20,000 nt of DNA from an uncultured virus (IMG/VR IMGVR_UViG_3300042868_008205). Its lineage: Duplodnaviria; Heunggongvirae; Uroviricota; Caudoviricetes. This document shows positions 1-8,353 of this stretch, piece by piece. Under the pieces are notes generated by a model. The model was not told where the DNA came from. It searched no databases and saw only the letters and a program-made list of their open reading frames with translations. The translations under genes were made by a program, and so were the position numbers. Positions within the stretch are counted from its first letter, which is position 1, and each line of letters opens with the position of its first letter. Location of the stretch: IMG/VR virus record IMGVR_UViG_3300042868_008205, positions 56,862 to 76,861 of that record; one strand, written 5' to 3'.

Positions 1-1371
1 GTTGTAATTGATTATTCGAAATATTCTAATCGTCCCCCACTTGAACATCAAAAAGAAGCAATCCAAAAATTAGTAGAAAACAAAAAGTTCATCTTGGCAG
101 ATGATATGGGATTGGGTAAAACCACATCTACGATTATTGCAGCATTAGAGACAGGAGCTAAAAAAGTTTTAATCATTTGTCCTGCAACTTTAAAGATTAA
201 TTGGAAACGTGAGATTGAAAACTATTCGGACAAACCAATCTACATTGCTGAAGGTAAAAATTTTAACACCGATGCTGATTTTGTCATTACAAACTACGAT
301 ATCATTAAAAACTTCCACGACCCTAAAAAGAAAGATGATTCACAAATTCTTTTATCTAAATTTGATTTAGTTATTGTTGATGAAGCACACTATATTAAGA
401 ACGCTACAGCTCAAAGAACAAAACTAATCAACGACATTGTTAAGAATATTGATAGGATTTGGTTGTTAACTGGTACACCAATGACATCAAGACCAATAGA
501 TTATTTTAACTTGTTAAGTATTATTGATTCTCCCGTCGCCCGTAATTGGATGGCTTACGCAATTAGATATTGTCAAGGGTATCAATTTAATGTTGGTGGA
601 AGAAAAATTTGGAATGTCACAGGAGCGTCAAACTTAGAAGAATTGAGAGACCGAACTTTAGGTTTAACATTAAGAAGATTAAAAGAAAATGTCCTTGATT
701 TACCTGACAAGATAATCACACCCGTTTACTTAAGATTAAAGTCAAAAGAGTATGAAGAAGTTATGGGTGAGTACTACGATTGGTATGACAAAAACCCTGA
801 AGAGTCAAAATCGTTAACAGTCCAATTTTCAAAATTAACTAAAGTTAGACAAATAATTGCCGATGAAAAAATTACTCAAACAATTGAACTTGCCGAAAAC
901 ATATTAGAACAAGATAAGAAAGTTATTATTTTTTGTAATTTTACCGATTCATTAAATAAGATTGCCGAACATTTTGGAAAAGCGGCGGTTAAGCTAAATG
1001 GAGCGATGTCAAAACCTGAAAAACAATATTCTGTTGACCAATTCCAAGAGAACCCAAAGATTAAAGTTTTTGTTGGAAACATTAAAGCAGCTGGTGTCGG
1101 GATTACATTAACGGCAGCAGAAGCGGTTATTATGAACGACTTATCATTTTTACCTTCGGACCATGCACAGTCAGAAGATAGGGCATATCGTTACGGTCAA
1201 AAAAATAATGTTTTGGTTTATTATCCAATATTTGAAAACACAATTGAAGGTATTATCTACGACATCCTAAACAACAAAAAACAAGTTATTGCAACAGTGA
1301 TGGGAGACAACTTAAACCCCGCAGATGCCGCAGAAGAAATTCTACAAAGAATTAATAAGTTGAGACATTAA
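1..1371 (+). CDS. SNF2-family (SF2) helicase/ATPase, 5'-truncated by the window edge
   Basis: Frame is open from base 1 (VVIDYSKYSNRPPLEHQKEAIQKL...), so the true start lies upstream. Motifs: Walker A ADDMGLGKT, Walker B DEAH, motif III LTGTP, motif VI QSEDRAYRYGQ. Confidence 0.95.
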   Translation, partial: VVIDYSKYSNRPPLEHQKEAIQKLVENKKFILADDMGLGKTTSTIIAALETGAKKVLIICPATLKINWKREIENYSDKPIYIAEGKNFNTDADFVITNYDIIKNFHDPKKKDDSQILLSKFDLVIVDEAHYIKNATAQRTKLINDIVKNIDRIWLLTGTPMTSRPIDYFNLLSIIDSPVARNWMAYAIRYCQGYQFNVGGRKIWNVTGASNLEELRDRTLGLTLRRLKENVLDLPDKIITPVYLRLKSKEYEEVMGEYYDWYDKNPEESKSLTVQFSKLTKVRQIIADEKITQTIELAENILEQDKKVIIFCNFTDSLNKIAEHFGKAAVKLNGAMSKPEKQYSVDQFQENPKIKVFVGNIKAAGVGITLTAAEAVIMNDLSFLPSDHAQSEDRAYRYGQKNNVLVYYPIFENTIEGIIYDILNNKKQVIATVMGDNLNPADAAEEILQRINKLRH

Positions 1372-1379
1372 TCAACAAC

Positions 1380-1406
1380 GGATTATTTATATACAACTGA
1401 TAATCC
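1380..1406 (+). promoter_or_regulatory. 7-bp inverted repeat overlapping a TATTTATA motif upstream of the SOD fusion gene
   Basis: GGATTAT (1380-1386) / ATAATCC (1400-1406); TATTTATA at 1384-1391; ATG at 1413. Confidence 0.45.
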
Positions 1407-1412
1407 AGAATA

Positions 1413-2951
1413 ATGAAAAAAACACAAGAAAAAATTCAACAACTTGAAAAACAAATTCTCACAGAACAAGCGAATCAAGAGAAAGAGTTGTTGATTACAG
1501 AAATGAAAAGAATTGGAATAGAGAAATTACCTTATTCCTACGCAGCCCTCAAACAATTTATTAATGCAGAGACAATGGACATCCATTATAATATGCATTA
1601 TAAAGGTTATGTTAAAAAACTAAATGACGCTTTAGCAAAGAAAAAATACGGGGATTTAGATTTAGAAAAAATAATTAAAACCATTGGTCGTTTTGATAAA
1701 ACAATAAGAAACAACGCGGGTGGAGCGTTTAATCACGCATTGTTTTGGAATATGTTAACACCAACACCAAAAAAATTGGAGGGTGACCTTTACAAGAAGA
1801 TTACAAAACAATGGGGAACTTTCTCAGGGTTTAAAAAAGAATTTGAAAAGATTGCAAAAGACAGATTTGGTTCAGGTTGGGTATGGTTAGTTTTAACTGC
1901 AAAAAATACACTTAAAATTATGTCAACTCCAAACCAAGATAATCCGTTGATGAATGTTATTCAAGGCGGTGGATTTCCGTTATTAGGTTTGGACTTATGG
2001 GAACATGCTTATTATTTGAAGTATCGAAATAAAAGAGACGAATACATTAAAAACTTTTGGAAAGTTGTTAATTGGGATTTTGTTACTAAAATGTATGAAA
2101 TGAAAACTGAAACAAAATTAAATGAATCGGTTAATCTACAGAATATTATCACCGAATCCACACACGTTAGATTTTGTGATGCTCAAGAAGTGAAAGCATA
2201 TAAGGACTTAATTAATGATTCAAAAACAAAAAAAATATATCAAGAGGGTATTACCAAGGTCTTAAGAAAAGTTTTTAATCAATTTTGGGTTGAGGGTAAT
2301 TCAAAAGAAATGTCAGGTTTCTATGGTGTGGAAACAAGAGAAGGTAGGTCTGTATTAAATAATCTTAATACAAACTTTAATACATTTTGTCTATTAGTTA
2401 GGGCGGTTAATAAAGAAATTATGAGAATTAATAGACCCGAAAAAATCTTTAAATTTTATGATAAAGAAAAAAGAACGGCTAAAGAAGTTAATAGATTTAT
2501 AACTGCATTAGATTTTTTCAGTAAAGAAATTTTTACAAAAAGGAATGACGATTTTATTAACATCATTAAAGTACTTAAGAAATTATGGGATAGAGGTCAA
2601 AAATCTGAAGATGATGTTTATGTTAAAATTGAAGAATACTTTAAAGGAAATGCCAAAGTAACTAAGATTGGTGGTCACGGACAAAAAGAAGACGCATTAA
2701 AGGGTATAGATTTGATTGTTAATTTGGGGGGTATTCTACATACATCTCAAGTTAAACCATTCTCAAGTTTTGTAAAAACAGAAGAAATTATTGAAATGTT
2801 GGATACAGGAAACGTTAAACACTATAGTGTTGATTGGTTAATATTCATCAACCCAAAGACAAATAATGTTATGATTTTTGAAAACAAACCTATTAGTGAA
2901 AAAAACCAATACGTTTTTAAACTTGAATCGTTATTATACGAAATAAAATAA
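1413..2951 (+). CDS. sodA: Fe/Mn superoxide dismutase (Mn-type signature) fused to a C-terminal probable PD-(D/E)XK nuclease-like domain
   Basis: About aa 37-230 carry LPYSYAAL, TMDIHYNMHYKGYV, NNAGGAFNHALFW, FGSGWVWL, NQDNP and LGLDLWEHAYY, with all four metal ligands; GG plus NQD is the Mn-type pattern. The extra ~270 aa contain G.KSE...GIDL...QVK. The SOD call is strong; the nuclease call is tentative. Confidence 0.9.
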   Translation: MKKTQEKIQQLEKQILTEQANQEKELLITEMKRIGIEKLPYSYAALKQFINAETMDIHYNMHYKGYVKKLNDALAKKKYGDLDLEKIIKTIGRFDKTIRNNAGGAFNHALFWNMLTPTPKKLEGDLYKKITKQWGTFSGFKKEFEKIAKDRFGSGWVWLVLTAKNTLKIMSTPNQDNPLMNVIQGGGFPLLGLDLWEHAYYLKYRNKRDEYIKNFWKVVNWDFVTKMYEMKTETKLNESVNLQNIITESTHVRFCDAQEVKAYKDLINDSKTKKIYQEGITKVLRKVFNQFWVEGNSKEMSGFYGVETREGRSVLNNLNTNFNTFCLLVRAVNKEIMRINRPEKIFKFYDKEKRTAKEVNRFITALDFFSKEIFTKRNDDFINIIKVLKKLWDRGQKSEDDVYVKIEEYFKGNAKVTKIGGHGQKEDALKGIDLIVNLGGILHTSQVKPFSSFVKTEEIIEMLDTGNVKHYSVDWLIFINPKTNNVMIFENKPISEKNQYVFKLESLLYEIK

Positions 2952-2952
2952 T

Positions 2953-2965
2953 CAATATATTTATT
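2953..2965 (+). promoter_or_regulatory. Putative phage promoter motif CAATATATTTATT
   Basis: Ends 4 nt before the neck gene ATG; the identical 13-mer precedes the 7604 gene on the - strand. Confidence 0.55.
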
Positions 2966-2969
2966 AGAT

Positions 2970-4094
2970 ATGCCAGTTATTCCAGAACCTGAAAGAAGTA
3001 AAATTTATACAAGGATTAAACACCTGTTAGGTGCTCCTTTAAGAAGTGTTGAAATTGAAGATGAAATGATGGATTCTTTGATGGAACTCTCTATTCAAGA
3101 TTATGAACAATATGTTTTAAATTGGTTGATTGATAGTCAATGGGTTAACTTAGTTAACTTAAATATGACTGAAAAATCTGTTGCCAATGCGTTAATTACA
3201 AGAACAATGGATTTTGAGCAACAATTTGCATACTCATATTCTAAAATTGTTGGACTTCAAGCTCAAGGTCCTTGGGTGTTAAAAAAAGATTATATCATTC
3301 TTGAACAAAACAAACAAAACTATGAAATCCCTGCAGGGCGTGACATCAATGAGGTGTTATGGTTTAGTAATCAACCTTTTACCGCATTTGGTATAGGCGG
3401 ATTCGGTGGTATGGGTGGTGGAGCAGGTTTAGGGGCAAGTGAAGCAGGTTTCGCCCAAATGGGTAATCAAGGTTCTTATTTTATGATGTCAGGTTTTGAC
3501 TATCTAATAAGAATGCAAGAAGCAAACATTTTAAATAGAATTCTTGGTGGTTCCTTAACTTATAGAATAACTGCATTACCTGATGGTAAAAAAGATTTAC
3601 AACTTTATAACGCACCTGGTAGTCGTTTTAGTTGGAGTAATTATAATTCATATGTTGGTAAAGCGGTTTGGTATTGGTATTACGAAACAACTCCTGATAG
3701 TAGGGCAGACTGTTTAAAAAATAATCCTGATGTTATTAAATTACCATCGGATGTTCCGTTAGAAGAACTTACTTGGTCGGATTTAAATGTACCAGGACAA
3801 CAATGGGTAAGAAGATGGTTCACAGCGTATGTAAAAGAAACATTAGCAAGAGTAAGAGGTAAGTATAGTGGTAATTTAAAGACACCAGACTCTGAGCTTA
3901 CAATGGACTATACAAGTTTATTAACTGAAGCTAAAGATGAAAAGACAAAATTAATGGAAGAACTTACAGGTGCTGAAGGTTGGTTAACAAGATTAAGACC
4001 TGAAAAAGTTATGGAAAGAGAAGCATTACTTGCAGAGAATTTGAACAAACAAATGAAGTTCAGAGCAATGCCTCGTCAAATATACGTAATATAA
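2970..4094 (+). CDS. Neck protein (T4 gp13-like head-tail adaptor)
   Basis: N-terminal LLGAPLRSVEIEDEMMD..ELSIQDY and C-terminal WVRRWFTAYVKETLARVRGKY...LLTEAKDEK..LMEEL follow the gp13 pattern. Confidence 0.8.
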   Translation: MPVIPEPERSKIYTRIKHLLGAPLRSVEIEDEMMDSLMELSIQDYEQYVLNWLIDSQWVNLVNLNMTEKSVANALITRTMDFEQQFAYSYSKIVGLQAQGPWVLKKDYIILEQNKQNYEIPAGRDINEVLWFSNQPFTAFGIGGFGGMGGGAGLGASEAGFAQMGNQGSYFMMSGFDYLIRMQEANILNRILGGSLTYRITALPDGKKDLQLYNAPGSRFSWSNYNSYVGKAVWYWYYETTPDSRADCLKNNPDVIKLPSDVPLEELTWSDLNVPGQQWVRRWFTAYVKETLARVRGKYSGNLKTPDSELTMDYTSLLTEAKDEKTKLMEELTGAEGWLTRLRPEKVMEREALLAENLNKQMKFRAMPRQIYVI

Positions 4095-4097
4095 TAT

Positions 4098-4433
4098 ATG
4101 TCAATAATAAGAACAGTACCCTCAACAAGGTTAATTAACGGACAAATATTGGAAACATCTGAAATGGCAATCATTTCAGAAACAGAATACAAAACAAATG
4201 GTGAAGATTGTATCATTGTAAGAAATGTATTAAAATCCACCATTACTTTAAATTCACATACTACTGACCATATTGTAATAAAATCAATGACTAATGTCAC
4301 AATAAAACCTGATATTGGTAAAATCGACGAAGACTATGATGAAATCGTTGCGGATAGATACACTTGTATTGAATTTAGATTTTGTGCTGGTAATTGGTAT
4401 GTAATATCATCAGACGGTCTCAAGAACGCCTAA
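4098..4433 (+). CDS. Small hypothetical protein resembling a stand-alone phage fibre beta-module
   Basis: 111 aa ORF starting 3 nt after the neck gene stop; pattern TITL...IVIK...VTI...ID...IEF...GNWYVI; 3' end overlaps the polymerase 3' end by 24 bp. Confidence 0.65.
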   Translation: MSIIRTVPSTRLINGQILETSEMAIISETEYKTNGEDCIIVRNVLKSTITLNSHTTDHIVIKSMTNVTIKPDIGKIDEDYDEIVADRYTCIEFRFCAGNWYVISSDGLKNA

Positions 4434-7139
4434 TTTTTCTTCCCAACCCTCTTCAGCTAATTCATACATATAGTCAGGTTTTAAACCTCTCTTACCCCAA
4501 TACGACATTTCAGCGTCAGTAATTGTTAATACATCCTCCAATTTATCTTGGTCTGAATCTTCAAATGGCATTCCATTTATTAACTCACATTGTGCCGTAG
4601 TAAATAAACCCCTATCTTCAGGAACATTAACGATTAACGCTTCCCTCACTTCACTCTTGAAACAAACCAATAATGGTTCAATTCTTTTATTGAATGTGGT
4701 AATTGCTCTTGGAACATTATAATCACCCGTTAAGTTGGGGTCATTATCCAAAATGTCTTTATCTAACATATAACAATTAATTTGAACTCCATCACCTTTC
4801 TTTTGAACATCTCCGTGAGATGCTCTAAGTCCATTGTTAACATACATAATAACATCACCCAAACTCACATTTAGATTGTTTTGTAATGCAAGTTCCATGT
4901 GAGCCATTCTACTCATACTATTACCTGACTTAGTTTTCTCACTTAAACGTTTCTTATAATCTTCCATACTTAATTTAACTTTAGCTCTTTGAGCAATCTT
5001 ACTTAACGGAATTTGTTTATCAAAAATTCTTTGTATGTATTCATAATAATATTCCACAAATGATTTACCGTCACCTTCAAGTAACATCTTAATACCTTTA
5101 TCCAAGAACTCCTCAATATACAATGGAAGTTTCTTTGACTTGATACTATTACCTGTTAGTTTGATTTTACCTTTAGCATCCATAACCGCGTAGTTCTTAC
5201 GAGCCAAGTTAATACAAGACGGCCAAACACCATCGGTATCAAGTGCCATCTCACCTCTCATAAAGATATCGTTATACTCTGCAACATCGGCTTCAGGTCC
5301 GTAATATTCTTTACCTAACTTAACCTTCCAATTTAAACCACGACCAACATATACCCTATCCTTTGCATCTGGCGGAGTTGAGAAGTTCACACCATCCGTA
5401 TCCATAACCAATGGAACATATCCTTTGGTCATAAAGAATTTAATCATTTGACGAAGATATTGTCTACCAGTACAAGTAATCTGTTCTCCCATATACATAT
5501 CACCCCAAGCATATACCTGCGGGGCAGATAACGCACCGAACATACTATTGATAAAGATTTTAATCGGTAATTGTTTATTACCATATGACTCAGATTTCTT
5601 TTTATCTATTTCGTAATATTCCTCGGCAAGTTGTTTGTATTTGATACGGGTATCACGGAACCACTTTAACATTCCTTTCATTGCTCCTGTTACATCACAA
5701 TCAGGAAATACATCGTGTACAAGCTGAATGGAGGGGTATAGAGACGAAAAGTCCAACTTAAGAACGTCTTTAGAGTAACCAACCTTAAGTAGTCGTGAGA
5801 GACCTCCTACGAAGTCAGTCTTATCTTGTTTTGCAGGAATAGCTAAACCATTTTTATATGACCAAGCTAGCATCAACATCTTCCATAATGTTGCGGTTCC
5901 CATTGTTGAAACCCTTTCGTATGTTGTTGGAATCATCGCGGCCAACAAAAACGAACCTTGATTGAACTCTTGGTCAACCTTTAGGGTTTCATCTAAGTCA
6001 TCGTCAAGATACATCTCAACCAATTTATCACCACCAATCTTTGAATAAACATCCAATCGTTTACCACAAGCCTCATCAATAGTAACATCAGCGCCTACCT
6101 TCTTATAGTTACCATTTTTAGTATTTAACCAAAAATCTTCTTTCTTAGTGTAGAATGGTCCAATATCTAAGTGGTCAATGTAAACTCGGTCAGGTGCTTC
6201 AGCGTTAATATATTTGGTAATGTATTTCAAACCAGCACCTTTAATACTTGAATTGATTGCTTGTGCTCTACGAACCGCATGGATAATATCAATTACATTA
6301 TAACCCCAAATTGAAGTCTGAGTAAATTTCTCAACCTCGTTTGCAAGTTTTAACATACTATCTTTTCGTGTGAATGAATGGTTGGGGTGCAATGACTTAC
6401 AAATCTTCTTTGGGTCAATCTTTAGTATTCTACATCTTTCAAATATCCAATGCCAGTCAAAGTTCGCTGAATTGTATCCACCAATAATACTTGGTTTCAA
6501 TTCGTCAATCACTCGGAAAAATTCAATAATCGCGTTCTTCTCTTCGGCTTCGTCCACACACTCAATAACTCTGTGATAACCTTTATTGGTTTTAATTCCA
6601 ATCATAAAGATACGACCGTCTGCAGGTTCAAGAGCGGTCGTCTCTAAGTCATATACAAGTCTGGTTACCTCGTTATAGTTTTCAAATCCTTTAAATAATC
6701 TTTTTTCTTTTGAGATAAGGTATTGCTCAACAGGTGGAAGAATCATCACCAATCCTTTTGTTTTCTCACCCCAAGGGTCACAACCACCATCTCTAAAGAA
6801 CTGAATGAGTTCTCTATAACCTTTTAAAGATTTAACCATAAAGGTCATACCTTTTTCTAATCTTTCGTTTCCGTGTGTTTCTAATTTGTCAATTACAATT
6901 CCATGCTTTGTCATAGCCTCCTTTTGTGCTGACTTGGAATTTTTATAAAAGTTGATTCCGTGTAAGTCACCTACCCAAGCGAATGGTGTAAACGTATCCT
7001 TACGGATTTCTTTTCCCTTACCAGGAATCTCTTTAATTTTGTAAATGGAGTTGGATGCGTAGTCAAATTCTATTGCTACGATAAATTCTTCGGGGTCATT
7101 CCCATGCAAGAACGATTCAATTTCTTCGTTAGATATCAT
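4410..7139 (-). CDS. Family B DNA polymerase with 3'-5' exonuclease domain
   Basis: Exo motifs DLETT, GYNSANFDW, YLDDDL; polymerase motifs LDFSSLYPSI, KIFINSMFG, MDTDG. ATG at 7139 (MISNEEIE) preferred over GTG at 7169. Confidence 0.95.
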   Translation of the reverse strand: MISNEEIESFLHGNDPEEFIVAIEFDYASNSIYKIKEIPGKGKEIRKDTFTPFAWVGDLHGINFYKNSKSAQKEAMTKHGIVIDKLETHGNERLEKGMTFMVKSLKGYRELIQFFRDGGCDPWGEKTKGLVMILPPVEQYLISKEKRLFKGFENYNEVTRLVYDLETTALEPADGRIFMIGIKTNKGYHRVIECVDEAEEKNAIIEFFRVIDELKPSIIGGYNSANFDWHWIFERCRILKIDPKKICKSLHPNHSFTRKDSMLKLANEVEKFTQTSIWGYNVIDIIHAVRRAQAINSSIKGAGLKYITKYINAEAPDRVYIDHLDIGPFYTKKEDFWLNTKNGNYKKVGADVTIDEACGKRLDVYSKIGGDKLVEMYLDDDLDETLKVDQEFNQGSFLLAAMIPTTYERVSTMGTATLWKMLMLAWSYKNGLAIPAKQDKTDFVGGLSRLLKVGYSKDVLKLDFSSLYPSIQLVHDVFPDCDVTGAMKGMLKWFRDTRIKYKQLAEEYYEIDKKKSESYGNKQLPIKIFINSMFGALSAPQVYAWGDMYMGEQITCTGRQYLRQMIKFFMTKGYVPLVMDTDGVNFSTPPDAKDRVYVGRGLNWKVKLGKEYYGPEADVAEYNDIFMRGEMALDTDGVWPSCINLARKNYAVMDAKGKIKLTGNSIKSKKLPLYIEEFLDKGIKMLLEGDGKSFVEYYYEYIQRIFDKQIPLSKIAQRAKVKLSMEDYKKRLSEKTKSGNSMSRMAHMELALQNNLNVSLGDVIMYVNNGLRASHGDVQKKGDGVQINCYMLDKDILDNDPNLTGDYNVPRAITTFNKRIEPLLVCFKSEVREALIVNVPEDRGLFTTAQCELINGMPFEDSDQDKLEDVLTITDAEMSYWGKRGLKPDYMYELAEEGWEEKLGVLETV

Positions 7140-7226
7140 ATGTTGTATAGTTGGTTTATTAGCTTTCACACTATCGTGAAATTTACCTTCTATGTTAAAT
7201 ATAATCTAAAAAACTGAATAATCAAA

Positions 7227-7604
7227 TTAGCAGCAAGCTGTTTCCGCAATGAAACTTGGTTGTATATTTATGTATAGTTCTTCTCTGATTGGAAGAATTA
7301 AATTACCCTCGTCATTTTTAATCAAAAATTGGGCATTGTATCTACCAGGAGTATTTGTATCTCTTGAAGTAAATTTAAAGTAAATGTAATATTCAGGTGT
7401 TGAACCTACAGGTAAAATTAAAGGTACAATACTACAAGGTGCTGAAACTATTTTAGGAATTCCCGTTTCAACATCTATCATTGTAAAATAGATTGTAGAA
7501 ACCTCTAAGTCCTGCATTAGTTCTAAATAACCTGCGCGTCCATCCTTTAGCACTTGCATTTTAAGAACAGGTAGTGTTGCGTTTTGTTTTATGAAGAATT
7601 CCAT
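7227..7604 (-). CDS. BppU-N-like (baseplate upper protein-type, Ig-like) virion protein
   Basis: 125 aa with FFIKQNATLPVL...IYFTM...YFKFTSRDT.TPGRY.AQF.I; preceded by the TATTTATT motif. Confidence 0.6.
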   Translation of the reverse strand: MEFFIKQNATLPVLKMQVLKDGRAGYLELMQDLEVSTIYFTMIDVETGIPKIVSAPCSIVPLILPVGSTPEYYIYFKFTSRDTNTPGRYNAQFLIKNDEGNLILPIREELYINIQPSFIAETACC

Positions 7605-7607
7605 AAC

Positions 7608-7670
7608 AATAAATATATTGTAAATTTGTTTTATAGAGTATAACTTTTCATACTTTACGAGATATTTATA
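7608..7670. promoter_or_regulatory. Divergent promoter region with two back-to-back ATATTTAT motifs
   Basis: CAATATATTTATT on - (7608-7620) before ATG 7604; GATATTTATA on + (7661-7670) before ATG 7675. Confidence 0.55.
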
Positions 7671-7674
7671 GTAT

Positions 7675-7827
7675 ATGAAACCAAGAAAAAAAGAAGAAGA
7701 TAAAAAAATTAAATTTGCGATTAGTTTAGACCCTAAATTATTTAAACGAATGGAAGATGATATTACTAATAAATCAGGGCTTATTGAAAAATTACTTAGA
7801 GAACACTATGGAAAAAAAGATTTGTAG
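7675..7827 (+). CDS. Small ribbon-helix-helix-like DNA-binding protein (50 aa, absent from the ORF track)
   Basis: Hand translation MKPRKKEEDKKIKFAISLDPKLFKRMEDDITNKSGLIEKLLREHYGKKDL*: alternating strand KFAISL, helix, then NKS.LIE.LL. GATATTTATA ends 4 nt before the ATG. Confidence 0.7.
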   Translation: MKPRKKEEDKKIKFAISLDPKLFKRMEDDITNKSGLIEKLLREHYGKKDL

Positions 7828-8353
7828 TAAATGTAAGATTGAAAAAGATGTTTGTGAGTTTAATACCCGAAAAAATAGAAAAGGTATTATAATTTTAAGA
7901 GGATATTGTAAAAAATGCCATACAATTATGTCGGTTAATTTTAGTTTAAAAAACCCTAAAAAAACCAAACAATATAGAGATACTTGGTACAAGAATAACT
8001 CTAAAATTTTAGTAGAAAAAAATAAAAAAAGGAGAAATTCTGATTTATTATATAAATTAAGAATTGGAATTAGAACAAGATTAAAAATGACATTAAAGAA
8101 TAATTCTTTCAAGGGTAAAACTATTGAAATATTAGGTATGGATATTAATTCATTTAAGATTTATATTGAATCTAAATTTTTAAATGGAATGTCTTGGGAT
8201 AATTATGGATTAAATGGATGGCATATAGACCATATAATTCCATTGTGTTCCGCAAAAACTGAAGAAGAATTTTATAAACTTTGCCATTATACTAATCTTC
8301 AACCACTATGGGCTAAAGATAATTGGAAAAAAAGTAATAAAATATTGAATTAA
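7808..8353 (+). CDS. Free-standing HNH endonuclease with N-terminal CxxC...CxxC zinc-binding region
   Basis: CSKC...CKKC; MSWDNYG..GWHIDHIIPL...HYTNLQPLWAKDNWKKSNK. Start at ATG 7808 (MEKKICSKC) preferred over 7757; it overlaps the RHH ORF end. Confidence 0.88.
   Translation: MEKKICSKCKIEKDVCEFNTRKNRKGIIILRGYCKKCHTIMSVNFSLKNPKKTKQYRDTWYKNNSKILVEKNKKRRNSDLLYKLRIGIRTRLKMTLKNNSFKGKTIEILGMDINSFKIYIESKFLNGMSWDNYGLNGWHIDHIIPLCSAKTEEEFYKLCHYTNLQPLWAKDNWKKSNKILN

Noticed and set aside
4410..7139. Intein or intron in the DNA polymerase
   Set aside because: Continuous ~910 aa ORF with normally spaced motifs and no evident splice-junction or LAGLIDADG motifs.
7757..7807. Longer HNH start at 7757
   Set aside because: It lies inside the RHH-like ORF; MEKKICSKC at 7808 is a more typical start.
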